Shown one piece after another: positions 48,510 to 60,739 of a DNA stretch of 64,000 nucleotides (position 1 is its first letter; every line of letters starts with the position of its first letter). The stretch is from contig NOWV01000083.1 of the NCBI GenBank assembly GCA_003344405.1, forward strand, positions 42,119 to 106,118. The letters run 5' to 3'. The notes below the pieces were generated by a model. It ran no database searches. It was not told the DNA's origin and saw only the letters and a program-made list of their open reading frames with translations. Both the position numbers and the translations under genes were made by a program. Source of the stretch: Trichoplax sp. H2 (Eukaryota).

Positions 48510-48576
48510 GTTACTATAGTTAAGGAGACTGCAACCGCTGAAGTTCTGGAAAATGCCATCTTCAAATGTTTATATG
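48510..48576 (+). CDS. TRPM: TRPM exon
   Basis: VTIVKETATAEVLENAIFKCLY(G) aligns to DIDVAILTALLKGT. Donor is G|GTAGAT. Confidence 0.6.
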
Positions 48577-48782
48577 GTAGATATCAACTATGCTATTTGT
48601 TTATAATATGCATATTTTAGTGAAATATATAAGTTTTGACAATAAGTTAACCTAACATCGTTAATTGTTAAAACTGTATTAAGATGCTTTATTATGAATG
48701 ATGTATTATTGTGTAAAGGAGAATATTGTGTTGCTATTATTAAGTCATTTTAACGTAGTTATATTGCATTACAACTAATTAG

Positions 48783-48871
48783 CATTGGCTCAAAATAAGG
48801 AGGAGAAAAGAAGTTTAGAAGTTGTTTGGAATAAAGTCGACTTGGGCAAATTAATCAGTAATAATCTTGAA
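48783..48871 (+). CDS. TRPM: TRPM exon
   Basis: (A)LAQNKEEKRSLEVVWNKVDLGKLISNNLE aligns to DHQLKLAVAWNRVDIARSEIFMDE. Confidence 0.75.
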
Positions 48872-48996
48872 GTAAGTTAAACATATACAAGGATTGATGT
48901 AATAACATGAACTAATATTGTACATTGAAAGTCTTTCCATCATGCTTCGAATATCAACACAAGATTTGTAATCCACGTTCTGATATTTCTATTTAG

Positions 48997-49644
48997 GCAG
49001 AAGGGTCCGATGACGAAGAAGGTGAAAGTCAACTTGCCATCTTTAAATTTCCTGCGAAGAATATGTTATCATCTACTAATGCGCTTGCAAATAAAGACGG
49101 CAATGAAATCAATCGCTCATGGACCGATGCAGAAAAATATCGAGTGCAGAAAGATGCTGCTAAAGCGATAACGGCAAATAATGACACTGGAAAACCTTCC
49201 AAGAAATCTTCTAAGCCCAAAGATATTGCTATAACAACTAATAAGGCCAGCAAAATTAATCAACGCAGTGTATCATCCCAAGATCTTAGTGGTCCTATTC
49301 CTAGTAAAAGATCACCTTTACCAAAGACGCCAGAGCATGAAGTTATTACTCAACCATCAGTGTCTCCGCGATCAAGAAAATCAAGCGGTGAAAGAAGCCA
49401 ACATATTTCACGTTATAATGCGCTAACTGTATTAGATGCAACAATTAGAGATGGGTTAAAAGAAAATTTACGAGCTTTAATCACTACTAAACAAGTGCAA
49501 GCAGAGCAGGCTTTGGAAGTCGCGTTAACACGCGATCATTTGACTGGAAATCATATTGCAATCGTTGATTTTTTGATCAAAAATGAGTTTATCGACATGT
49601 CGACTTTTGTAACGGCAGAAACATTAGAGAGAATATATGATAAA
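48997..49644 (+). CDS. TRPM: TRPM exon containing a long S/K/P-rich disordered insert, then MHR4
   Basis: 216 codons. ~120 aa are low-complexity (NKDGNEINRSWTDAEKYRVQKDAAKAITANNDTGKPSKKSSKPKDIAITTNKASKINQRSVSSQDLSGPIPSKRSPLPKTPEHEVITQPSVSPRSRKSSGERSQ..). Then ..NHIAIVDFLIKNEFIDMSTFVTAETLERIYDK aligns to NKPEFVKLFLENGVQLKEFVTWDTLLYLY. An analogous disordered insert occurs in TRPM6/7 and TRPM1/3. Confidence 0.75.
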
Positions 49645-50136
49645 GTAAGATTGTGCTGGACGCTATATGAAAATATCTTGACTTGCTATTCGGAAGATAA
49701 CCGTATTTTGCAATATCAAATTACTTTATACTTATTAGTATTTTTCTTACTTGCGTAGTTGAGTAGTAATAGCCAGTTACTAAACGATTCCTATTTATAA
49801 GACATATTGTCGTTCATCATTGAAGTAATTAAATAGATTTTTGTAATACTTTAAAATTTGATACTTGTATTTCTGGAAAGCATTGCTACATTGTTTCAGG
49901 TAGAACTTATTGGTTATTTTTAAAATCTAATTAGACTTGGAATATACCTTCCTCTGTGATGTACTGGGCGCGGAAGATCAAAATAATCAAGGAGGTAAGC
50001 CTTTAGTCAAGTCAGAGTGATCATTTCATGGATATAAGTTACGTACCATTTGCAATGGTCGGAATAAATATTTTTACTGATTTTAGGAGAGAAATACCAT
50101 TACATAGCCTAGTAAGTTTATATTTGATATTTTTAG

Positions 50137-50486
50137 GAAAAAAAGGAAAGAAAAAGTTTATTATTTGAAGCTGGCAAAATTTTATCTGTACTGATAAGTG
50201 ATCACTGTACTAATGTCTACTCACAATTTGGTGAAGATATCGAAACGGCAATCATTGATGTTGACGATGGCAACTCTGGTGATCCATTTACTCATCTTTT
50301 CTTATGGTCTATTATGACCGGACGCTATAAGCTATCTTATGTTCTGTGGAAAAGAGTCGATCATCCCATTACCGCTGCTATTGCAGCCAACCGCATTTTA
50401 TGGAGATTGTCAACTAATTCTGTATTCAAAGAAAAGTCTAGAGAGGAATTTATACAGCTTAAGGATGAATTTCAAACAAATTCAGA
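50137..50486 (+). CDS. TRPM: TRPM exon (MHR4 / pre-S1)
   Basis: ..DIETAIIDVDDGNSGDPFTHLFLWSIMTGRYKLSYVLWKRVDHPITAAIAANRILWRLSTNSVFKEKSREEFIQLKDEFQTNS aligns to TRPM7 [74 protein letters not shown]. Confidence 0.8.
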
Positions 50487-50854
50487 GTTAGTAGTAATTA
50501 GAATCTAAGTTAATCTATTTTCTGGTAACATAAATACTGTACAGAGTTACTAGAAAAGTTTTTGGATCAGTTCGGGGTGTTTAATTGTATTAAAATTACT
50601 TAATTTAGTTAACTAATACAACTTAGATTAAATTCATTACAGTACATCTTTGCAAACAGTCGAAATGAGAAAATAGATTCGTTTTACATAAATTTAGAAA
50701 TAATGTGTTAAAGTGCTAACCAACTTTATGCTGTGATATCTAGAAGCTTTCAGATAAGTATTATAAGTTAATTATCTGAAAGGGATAATTGCGGCACTGT
50801 TTATTGCTCAGAAATACATGAAATCTTACAATTATCTTACTCTCTTTATTTCAG

Positions 50855-51083
50855 TAAGTTTATGCGCTTAGCTGTCAAGATTATGGATGAACAATATAAA
50901 CATCATCCAATTAACACCGTTATCATGCTATTACAAGAATTACCGGAGTGGGGATTCAAATCTTCCTTTTCAATGGCTTTCTCTTCCTCATCTTTAGTGC
51001 CATTCAATACTCACAATGCATACGTTGATTGCTTACGGTATTTGTGGACAGGAGATTTCGCAGTTTTTACGCCGCTGTGGAAG
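50855..51083 (+). CDS. TRPM: TRPM exon
   Basis: (D)KFMRLAVKIMDEQYKHHPINTVIMLLQELPEWGFKSSFSMAFSSSSLVPFNTHNAYVDCLRYLWTGDFAVFTPLWK aligns to [63 protein letters not shown]. Confidence 0.8.
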
Positions 51084-51466
51084 GTTATAATTAATTAATT
51101 AATATTATTTTGATAAACTTATTCAATATCTTTAGAACAAAATGATTTAAATTCAGTTAATTTATTAATACTAGAGATTCTTTTAATTGCATACTAGATT
51201 AAAGCGTTATAGCAGTTTGCCTCTTTTCTGTATGTACTAATTGTAAACATGTAACGTAGTCGCTGTACAGCCAATAATTAATTGGACTTAACTCAATCAT
51301 CCTTAATTGTGTAATTATTACTTCTCCTACTAGCAGTAATCTAGTCTAATCACTCATCTACTCTACAGTTATAGACAACCCATCAATAGTAACTTACAAT
51401 ATGTTATGTATAACTAGGTTAATGGGATTTTATTAATCATTTATCTGCAATATCCATCTATAATAG

Positions 51467-51688
51467 GTTATTTTAGCTTTTATTCTACCGATACCATGCC
51501 TATTGTTTCCATCCTTTATTAAATCGAAAGCATTGCGAATTGGATGCTATAGTAAAATCAATGGTAGCTTTAATAATGATGATGAAGATAGTGTCTCAAC
51601 TACACGATCCTCTAACTTATGCAAGGATTTTATCTTACGAGTTTATCACTTTTATACTGCTCCTCGCATCAAGTTTACTACCAACTTT
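51467..51688 (+). CDS. TRPM: TRPM exon (pre-S1 / S1)
   Basis: VILAFILPIPCLLFPSFIKSKALRIG...LCKDFILRVYHFYTAPRIKFTTNF aligns to KVILSILVPPAILLLEYKTKAEMS...KLPITRKFYAFYHAPIVKFWFNTL. Confidence 0.8.
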
Positions 51689-51995
51689 GTAAGTTTCATT
51701 AATAATGCTATATATGCAATAAATAGATCCATTGATTAGTTCTTATATGCTAGTAGCTATCCAAAAGTGCACGGGAATACTATTATGATAAGTTGATATT
51801 TACTTATCTGATGTAAATTATACTATTCTAACTAAAATCGATAATTGTTACTGCATTGATATATTGCTGCACTTTTATTTTAACTGTATTGTTAACTACT
51901 TTGGAATTAACATGAATTCATCCTTCAATTTGGTTGACGACGCGATTCTTGTTAACGATAAATTTACTGTTTGTATGTATTCTACCATCTTCTAG

Positions 51996-52127
51996 CTCGC
52001 ATATGTGGCCTTCTTAATATATTTCGCCATATTTCTACTATTTCTGTACGAAGATAAGTCAATGAATATTTATGAAGTAATTCTCACGGTATGGTGTCTC
52101 GCATTAGTATTCGAAGAAATACATCAG
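51996..52127 (+). CDS. TRPM: TRPM exon (S1-S2)
   Basis: LAYVAFLIYFAIFLLFLYEDKSMNIYEVILTVWCLALVFEEIHQ aligns to [44 protein letters not shown]. Confidence 0.85.
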
Positions 52128-52228
52128 GTAAGTGGCTATTCCATAATTAATTTTAGTTATAACAGATGAAACTGAATTTTGGTTGATCACTTCCATCTCT
52201 CTTTACACTTAATTTGGAATAATGTCAG

Positions 52229-52477
52229 ATTATGGAAACCCCTCGCAAGACGTTTTATGAGAAAGTACGTCTTTGGAATTCGGAATACTGGAATAGAATT
52301 GACGCGGGCGCTTTAATCACCTTTTTCATAATAGTCGTCCTGCGAAATTTTTTTCCTATAGTTTATTTTGGTCGCATATTCTATGCTATTGATTTCATCA
52401 TATTTTGTTCGAGAAGTCTGCAAATTCTCTCTATTTGGAGTAACCATGGTCCAAAACTTGTTATGATTAGGAAATTG
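52229..52477 (+). CDS. TRPM: TRPM exon (S2-S4)
   Basis: IMETPRKTFYEKVRLWNSEYWNRIDAGALITFFIIVVLRNFFPIVYFGRIFYAIDFIIFCSRSLQILSIWSNHGPKLVMIRKL aligns to [36 protein letters not shown]. Confidence 0.85.
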
Positions 52478-52844
52478 GTAAGATAGGATTGGATTACTTG
52501 ACTACAGAAAATCTTTTACTTTTAATTATCTTCACTTGTCTTTCGATTGATGTCACTTTTTTCCATTCTTTGAACCGCTATTGTAAAAGCTAGCGTTACG
52601 TTTGCAATAAATGTTGACTAATTAAGGATATGATATTTGCTTCAGTTGCTCATCTAAGTGAAAATGTTTCTATTTTTATACCTTTAAAGTACAAAGTAAA
52701 TCAAATATATTAAGTTGTGCAAATCACGATTCGCGTTTCTAGTAATATGATACTAGCGTACTTTTGGATGTATTATTTATAGGTAAAATTCTTACAGATG
52801 ATTAATTTACTCTTCTTTCTCAATTTATTTAAAAATCGTTATAG

Positions 52845-53164
52845 CTGAACGACCTGATGTCGTTTGTGGTGATATTATCAATCTTCTTGATTTCATTTGG
52901 TGTAGCCACTGAAGTTGTGTTACGATCTGGTCCTGAATATAAAAATTATCAGTTTACAGCTAGAAATATTTTCGCTCTGCCGTATTACAGGATTTATGGC
53001 GAACTTTACCTTGATGATGCAAATCTTGATTGCAAGAATGAGACTCTCGGTACTAGCCTTTATAATAACTGTATGGCGAGAAATGTAATTGTCAATATCC
53101 TGATCGTTATTTACCTCCTGATTACAACAATTTTACTACTCAATCTACTGATTGCTATATTCAA
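52845..53164 (+). CDS. TRPM: TRPM exon (S5, pore loop, S6)
   Basis: LNDLMSFVVILSIFLISFGVATEVVLRSGPEYKNYQFTARNIFALPYYRIYGELYLDDANLDCKNETLGTSLYNNCMARNVIVNILIVIYLLITTILLLNLLIAIFK aligns to the TRPM pore and S6 (..VNLLIAMF). Confidence 0.85.
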
Positions 53165-53727
53165 GTAAGTCAGCTGTCTAGTCTTTTAAAAAAATTAATG
53201 CATACAATAAGATAAGTAGATTTTTAATATGTTATTCAATTTTGTTGACTGGCATATAGGCTTGCAGTTGCGCTTATTCTTAATTATGTTTTATTTATAA
53301 AACTTAACATAGTATCTCATAATTTTCGTAATATTTGGCTTGAATATATTAAATTTATTAGTTTTGTTAATCAATTACAAAACTCAAAATAATCAGTTTA
53401 TTGTGTTGTAATTGTAAAGTGTATTGTTTCCAAGCATTGCATCGTGGTTAGTGGATTGCGGGTATTGCATGCTCGTATTTCAATTTGTTTCTAAAAGTAA
53501 TTTATTAAATTTATTAAAAAATTTTTATGATATGGGATTAATTTTACGACACTATTTTAGTAATTATTATATTAATAATCTTTATCGGAATATTTTAAAT
53601 AGTTAAAGGGTTAAGAAAACTACCTTGAAAAAATTAGAAATTTTAGACTCTATTGGGTTATAGTTATTTGATGATTAATATATCGTACTATGATTACTAA
53701 TCAAATCTATATTTCTATTTCCATTAG

Positions 53728-53933
53728 CAAAACATACGATAGGATAGAAGTGGAAAGTATCAAAGTTTGGCGAATTCAATATAGAGAACTCGTTCGAGAA
53801 TATTTGTATCGATTGCCACTTGTACCGCCATTCAACTTAATTCTTGCCGTACCTTTTTTGATTAGTAAAATTATGTATGGATTGTTTTCTATCGAATGCC
53901 TACAACAATTTCAAAGTCGAGCGCTTCACTTAA
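53728..53933 (+). CDS. TRPM: TRPM exon (TRP domain)
   Basis: (N)KTYDRIEVESIKVWRIQYRELVREYLYRLPLVPPFNLILAVPF... aligns to the TRP box NDQVWKFQRYFLVQEY...PPPF. Confidence 0.8.
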
Positions 53934-54051
53934 GTATGATTATCAAGATACCATAATATATTACGCTATTGTCTTAAATAATAACACAGACAAGACACTG
54001 AAGTATATAATATTATTTCATATTTTTACATTTTGGTACTTGCATTTACAG

Positions 54052-54178
54052 AAATATTGAAACAACACTTGATGACTGTCAATTACGATCTATGGTATAA
54101 AATTCAGAATGAAGAAAGAGAAGCGTTATGTCGTGTTACTAGTCAGACTTTCAAAAATGAAGATGGTAAAGCTGTTGA
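54052..54178 (+). CDS. TRPM: TRPM exon (post-TRP)
   Basis: (K)ILKQHLMTVNYDLWYKIQNEEREALCRVTSQTFKNEDGKAV, phase-consistent between acceptor tttacag and donor GA|GTAAGT. Confidence 0.65.
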
Positions 54179-54387
54179 GTAAGTCGTACTTGAAGTCTAA
54201 TCATTTCCTGATTATAGATATTCAGATTATTTATCAATATAAAAAGTAGTAGTTAGCACTCTAAATGTTACAGTTGTTCAATTATAACTGTATGTTATTG
54301 ATAACTATTTTTTAAATTACAATATTAATCGTGATCATAGTCGTTCTATTACATTTTGAACTAAATAGTAATATTTCTTTCATATTA

Positions 54388-54510
54388 GGAAAAATTACGT
54401 TTTTCCTAACAAAATTCAGATCGGTACTATTTCTGATATCGATATTTATGCGGGTCTTGAAAGAGATTCTTTCGCTTCCATGAATGATATTCTGCATGAT
54501 TTGCTGGAAA
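54388..54510 (+). CDS. TRPM: TRPM exon (C-terminal coiled coil)
   Basis: (E)KNYVFPNKIQIGTISDIDIYAGLERDSFASMNDILHDLLE(R). Donor is AG|GTAAAT. Confidence 0.65.
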
Positions 54511-54696
54511 GGTAAATTAATTTTCTTTTCTAGTAGAAAATTATCCGTTAGAGTCCATTTGTGATATTAGAAATAGAAAAGCAACTACTGATTTAATGTT
54601 GGGTAGCATATTTAATCCTAAATTGAGATAAGATCAATAGTTGCAGTCTGTGTAATGATACATTGATCTGTTTCTACAATTAATGGAATATTTTAG

Positions 54697-54781
54697 GCAA
54701 GCAAATATGGAAAGGTACTTATACAAAACGCAATCTAACAGCAAATCTACATCGAAATCAAAGACTTCGATGTTGCGTTAG
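54697..54781 (+). CDS. TRPM: TRPM terminal exon (stop TAG at 54779-54781)
   Basis: (R)QANMERYLYKTQSNSKSTSKSKTSMLR*. Phase is consistent with the previous exon. Confidence 0.55.
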
Positions 54782-56300
54782 GCACATTAAAGTAATCTAG
54801 GGCTTACGTTGGCTAGAACAGCACAAGAATACTTTTTACTCTATTACCAAGTGCTGCCATAGCAATGGTTCAAAGTTACAATACGTACACTTAAAGTTTT
54901 TAACTGGTAATAGTATTTAGGATAAACATAGACATAAATCCTATATCTTCTATTATTATCGGAGTAAGAGGTACGATTGATTTTTTAATGCAATTTTAAT
55001 AGTGATACAAATGATTTATATCATATTTGTGCTTGTTATATAATTTTATGTCATTGCTCACCTGTTAATAGTTTATCAGTTTTGATAATTCTAATTTCTG
55101 AACTGGGTACGTTAATTATGGACTATTAGAACAGGATTAATTTTAGTATAGTGGGTAAGAAAATACTTAACTTTATTGCTGAGAACTGTTGTTTGGTATA
55201 ATATGTTCGAGAGTTGTTTGGCTGCATATATGAAGGGAGAAAGTCGCGAGATTGGCAATCTTCATTTAGGTACATGATGTCTTTCGTAATAATTGTTTGA
55301 TATGGGTTTATGTACTGTACAGTACAAGTGTAAGTTCTGTATCAGAGTACAGCTTTTAGCTTACAGTTAAGAGTAACCATCATTATATAATATAATGCTA
55401 TACTGTTTAATTTGTTTAGCTTTTATTAATTATTGATGATGTCACAGGAGATATACTTTGAGATTCTTGTAGTGTTCATAATTAATAGCCAACGGTATAA
55501 TAAAAAGTTGCTATCTTATTTTGTTGATGCTAACATTATCTATTAATTCATTATGATTATTATAAACACAATTGATTATACCTTCATTCCGTGATGGGCA
55601 AAAGTACAATGTACAGTGATGACCCAGACCCTGTCACTCTTGAGGATTAGGTACTACCAAGAGGGTAATGTACGAGTATCTTAACAGCTAACAATACATT
55701 TTATAACAAGTATTGCCGCATCTCCCTTGATAGCTGAGCTTTTACGTACAGTAACTGTCTACTTTGGAACTGATCAATACCGAATTGACCTAGTGACTTT
55801 TTCTAGAAGGTTTTCTAATGCAACTAGTAACATGAAAAAAACATCTTACAATTTAGTAAATGATAAGGTGTACAGATATCAACAAGGAGTATAAGATATA
55901 CTGTATACTCGTATGTCTACATTAACTTTATATCATACAGCCGTGCCAGAAGGAAATTTTATAGTAAAGACATGATTTATGTACAATGTACATAGACTAC
56001 ACTGCTGTAGATTCTACAGCCAGTACGATACAGTACTGTTATAAAAATACACAAATATAACAACCGTATTGATGGTCGTGAACATAAAGTTTTTCTTATA
56101 CAAGGTGTAGCAAAGGTCTTTTCCGGCGTTTGAACATATGTCAAAAGTTTTAATACGTAACTTTTTAAGTTTTTTGACACAAATTTGGCATCAATCGATA
56201 CAGTATCTCTATGGCAGAGCTCTGCAAACCATGACTGAAAACAAGCTCACACTAACTCTACCTGCTCATGCAAATGATATACTGTACTTGCCACTGCCCA

Positions 56301-56331
56301 AGCCTGACTACGCCTGACTACGCCTGACTAA
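56301..56331. repeat. Short tandem repeat (CGCCTGACTA) x3
   Basis: agcctgactacgcctgactacgcctgactaa. Confidence 0.8.
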
Positions 56332-56789
56332 CATACTGTATTACTTGTCGGATCAAGTGCATTAACGGACTCAAAGATATTTTTTATACTATATCATATA
56401 GACATATACAAATAGGCAAAACACTAATCTAAACCTGTGCATCATGAATTTTGCAGCTAGCCTAAACTAGACCCACCAACGGTTCTGTAAATAGCTAGTT
56501 GACACATCCAAAGCCCATCGTAGTTACATGACTTACACCCGCAACTTACATGGTTTAGTATTTACAAAGTCTTGCTTTAATGCACAGAAGTCCTGGTATT
56601 ATACTGTAAATTGAAGATCCGCTATCTAGAGTTAATACTAAGGACAACAGGGTGTTTACATTTGCTTCAGAATACTGTATAAGAATTCTATTTAAATGCC
56701 ATTATCAATATCAAAACTGTATAGATTTTAGATTTTATACCAGCATGTAGCTAATGACCTGAAGATTCTTTGTATACTGTAGTTTTTAC

Positions 56790-56970
56790 TATATTGTCTG
56801 TATTACTGTACTGTACAGTGTACAGTGTACAGTACCGTACTCTCAATCTCACAACTTGCCAACTTTACGGCCGTCAATCTGGATTAGTACTGTATATTGT
56901 AGTGCTGAGTACTGTAGTAGTGTACTAAGTACTGTAGCTTACTGTAGCTACAGTACTTAGTTACCGCCCA
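56790..56970. repeat. Palindromic TACTGTACAGTA-type repeat cluster upstream of TUBD1
   Basis: tattactgtactgtacagtgtacagtgtacagtaccgtac ... tactgtagtagtgtactaagtactgtagcttactgtagctacagtac. Confidence 0.85.
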
Positions 56971-57342
56971 ACTTGCTCTCAAACCTTCGTGTGAATGTCG
57001 TAATCACAGAGTAAAATAAAATCAAATCTAAATCTATTTTCGTTTTCAGTCAATACTACTATTCTCTATAATTGAGAGATTGATTCCTTGATGTAATCTT
57101 CCATTAGTGAATAACACTACATGAATAAATAGCATGAAGGACTTTACACGTATTATATATATAATTATAAGTCATTCGGCTGACTGATGTCAAGTGTCTT
57201 AACTGAATTATTACATGTATACTGTAGTTAGTTTTTTTACCTGTGAGTAAAGACAGGTACTGAAAGACGATTAGTAAACACCGGTGTTGTGCTTCGGTGT
57301 GATAATTACAGTATATAATTTAGCTTTGGTATCAGCCCAGTT

Positions 57343-57594
57343 ATGTCCATAGTTACGTTACAACTAGGCCAATTTGGCAACCAGCTTGGCTATGAGTTCT
57401 TTAATACTGTTCTTGACGATATTTATTGTTTTCACGGAAAGAATACTCTCAGAAAGAAACTTGCCGCGACTAATAAGTATAATTACGAAGATGCCGCTTT
57501 CGAGAGCTTTTTCTATGCTACATCTGACTTACCATTAGCTCGTGCTGTTATGATTGATACAGAAGCGAAAGTAGTCGATGATGTTTTTACCAAG
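57343..57594 (+). CDS. TUBD1: Delta-tubulin (TUBD1) exon 1
   Basis: MSIVTLQLGQFGNQLGYEFFNTVLDD...PLARAVMIDTEAKVVDDVFTK aligns to human TUBD1 [26 protein letters not shown]...PIARAVLVDMEPKVINQMLSK. Donor is AAG|GTGGGT. Confidence 0.9.
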
Positions 57595-57793
57595 GTGGGT
57601 GATAATAGTGTACTACCAACTTGGGATCTATTTAGTGAATTGAGGCGATTAATTTTGATCTGTAAAAATTGAACACCCACTTGTTATCCAGTTTATTGAG
57701 AAATGCAGTATACCTGCTCGTGATAATATTCTCATGTCATCATAATTGATTGAAGGCTGCTTACTAACGATACTACTTTTATTTGATCGCCAG

Positions 57794-58328
57794 GCGAAAA
57801 TGAGTAAATTGTGGTCGTATGATCCAAAATGTTGTATACGCAAAAAACGAGGCTCTGGAAACAATTGGGCTCTTGGATATTGCATGGATGGCGATCAAGT
57901 TTTACTAGAAGAAATTATGGACAGCGTGCAAAGGCAAGTTGAGTACTGCGATCGATTTAGTGGATTTTTGCTATTAATGAGTTTAGCTGGTGGAACTGGA
58001 TCTGGTCTAGGTACGCGATGTACCGAAGAGTTACGAGATCGTTATCCTAATAGTCAGATTATCAATGAAGTTGTTTGGCCTTACAGTAATGGAGAAGTTA
58101 TTGTTCAAGATTACAATACTATTTTAACTCTTTCTCATTTATATAAGGCATCAACTGGACTCATTATTCTAGAAAATGATAAATTACATGAAATATGTAC
58201 AAGACTGCTCAAAATAAAAAATGTGGGCTTTCATCACATTAATAGAGTCATTGCTCATAAATTAGCTGGAGTTTTGTTACCTTCTACTTGCTTGCAAAAT
58301 CAACACTCAAAACGAAATGACTATGCAG
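57794..58328 (+). CDS. TUBD1: TUBD1 exon 2
   Basis: [120 protein letters not shown]... aligns to [86 protein letters not shown].. Confidence 0.9.
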
Positions 58329-58412
58329 GTAATATCTATCGCACAGGTTGCACTAATTACAGTATACGTACGGTATTATTGATTGTTCACTTCTTTGCAT
58401 TCTTATCTTCAG

Positions 58413-58592
58413 GGATAAATATCTTCGGTGAGATCGGGGAGCATCTATGTAGTCATACCGATTACAAGTTGTTGAATATTATAGATATCCCTCAGATTCC
58501 TGATCACTCTTTCGATTACACCAATTATAATTGGCACGGACTGTTAAAACATCTCCATCAAATGCTAATTGCAAATGCATTTATGGAGGAAA
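58413..58592 (+). CDS. TUBD1: TUBD1 exon 3
   Basis: (G)INIFGEIGEHLCSHTDYKLLNIIDIPQIPDHSFDYTNYNWHGLLKHLHQMLIANAFMEE aligns to [58 protein letters not shown]. Confidence 0.85.
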
Positions 58593-58736
58593 GTAAGTAT
58601 ACTCATATTGAGGTGAATTTTATATTTTCCGTTATTACAGTCTACAGGGATATCCGCTCGAGAAATTACGTAGATCTGAAAAAGTGTAACATAATTGCTT
58701 TCTTTTTACTTACTAATTCGGCTTTAAAATTTTTAG

Positions 58737-58892
58737 ACATCAAATGGGAAGTTAAGTTACCATCCCCTAAAGCACTATCTCAAAATAAAAAGCTGGCGAA
58801 GTTATCATCTGGATTGCCTGTTCATAGCGACGTTATGGTTAATAAATCAATCGCAAATATGTTGGTAATTCGAGGGACTGAAATCGATAAAG
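58737..58892 (+). CDS. TUBD1: TUBD1 exon 4
   Basis: (N)IKWEVKLPSPKALSQNKKLAKLSSGLPVHSDVMVNKSIANMLVIRGTEIDK aligns to [43 protein letters not shown]. Confidence 0.85.
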
Positions 58893-59111
58893 GTAGATTG
58901 TATACTGTGTATTTATTCACTTTACGTATTAGCCACGGTGTAAGATAGGATGATTGCTAGATTAGGCCAAGATTTTTGCTGTGATAGGCCATTGGTATCG
59001 TTGCAGCTTAGCAGTAAAATAACGTAAAAGTATCATAAGTAATCGTAGACGGTGTCACCTTGCTAATATTAAATACAATTCTCTATTAAGCTGATATAGG
59101 CGCGTTTAGAG

Positions 59112-59386
59112 ATTCTCGCCTCTATGTAAATTGGATGCCAAATTCTTCTGGATTAGCTACTAGAGTAAATAGTCGTCCTTATAATAAGTACGAAAAATCT
59201 GCTTTTCTGCTGAGCAATAGCCAATTTTGTATACCAACTATAAATAATGTAACGGAAAAAGCATGGAATATGTTTGCAAACCGTGCTTACATTCATCAGT
59301 ACATTAGCAACGGTATATCGGAAGATGATTTCATTGACAGTTTTGCTACTGCGGAACAAATTATTACTAATTATAATAAGCTGTAA
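59112..59386 (+). CDS. TUBD1: TUBD1 exon 5 (terminal; stop at 59384-59386)
   Basis: (D)SRLYVNWMPNSSGLATRVNSRPYNKYEKSAFLLSNSQFCIPTINNVTEKAWNMFANRAYIHQYISNGISEDDFIDSFATAEQIITNYNKL* aligns to [89 protein letters not shown]. Confidence 0.85.
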
Positions 59387-60739
59387 AATACATGAGTATA
59401 TTTATGGCCAAAACTGGGATAGTTTTGCTTGTCCAAAAAAGACAAAATGTTGCATGCTAACTAGTAAATTATGTTAATAATACTTTGCATCTACAGGTAG
59501 CTGTAGGAATTTTAACGTCACATGTCTGTGATTGACGAGAGCGTAGCTTTGTAATTGATTTCCAAACTAGGAGAGTAAAATAAAAGTACGCCCTATTTTC
59601 TTTCTGTAGCACTAAAGACTAGCATTGTTAATGGATGCACGGCATCTCCAATCTGTATATTTTACAACAGCTTTTGCTTTAAAGCATTCAAGACTATTCA
59701 GCGAGTATGGATAATTGCTAAATTTATTAATTTACAAGTAGACCACTTTCACTATTCAGCACACAGATACACTCATTATAAGCAATAAGCATAGTCAGCA
59801 AAGATTGAAGCGAAACAATAATTAACGTTTGGTAATGTGATCCTACCGAATGATATCACATAATACATAATCGTGTAATTGAAAAAGTATAGTACATTTC
59901 GCTTAAATATATACAGTGCAATTTGAAAGTATTTCAGTGAGACCTATGATTAATTGGATAGACACGAATATAAACAGATCGATGTATTCAATTGCTCCAG
60001 TCATGATTTCACTTTTTATGTATCTTATAGAAATATCATTTACATAGAAATTGTTTTAAGCTTCGTAATCTTATAGCATAACAAGTTTATGCAAACAGTG
60101 ATAATGCTATAGTCAAGTGCAATATACGAGTAAAATCAATTAGCAACCTTCATCTCTTCAATTTTGGAGTTATTGAGCTTTTTGTAACACTCAAAACTGC
60201 ATAATGGTAAATTTAATTTAGAATCAGCATACCGGCGAAAATTCTTACAACCGTCTACTGCACATAATTCTCGTTCTTTCGGGCTGTAAATATAATTGTT
60301 GAATGATGAGTATCACCTTACTCGAATAGTAACCATGGAAAAATGTTATTAACAGATTTAATCATCAAAAGTCACCGCGTTCATGGCAGAAGCAAAAGTA
60401 GAATAACAAGAACTCACATTTTTATGGTCTGAGCGATCATAGGGAATTCTATGTTTTCAGGAAAGGATAAGCTAAAAAAATTTACACGATTTGTATAACG
60501 GATTCTTGGAATATCTTTACTTCCCATAGACTTCTAAAAGTGATAATATAGGAATTTTATAAGGGATTTGGATGAAAATAGTGTATCATCTAATCCTACT
60601 TTTAAGTGTATATGCGCTATTTGAGTTAAAGTTGCACATATCATAATGCTTACCTTAGCTGCATCTTTTCGAGAACGACTAGCTTGTTTGTACAATAATT
60701 TATCAATAGTTTGGGCCTATCATAAGTAAATAATTTTAA

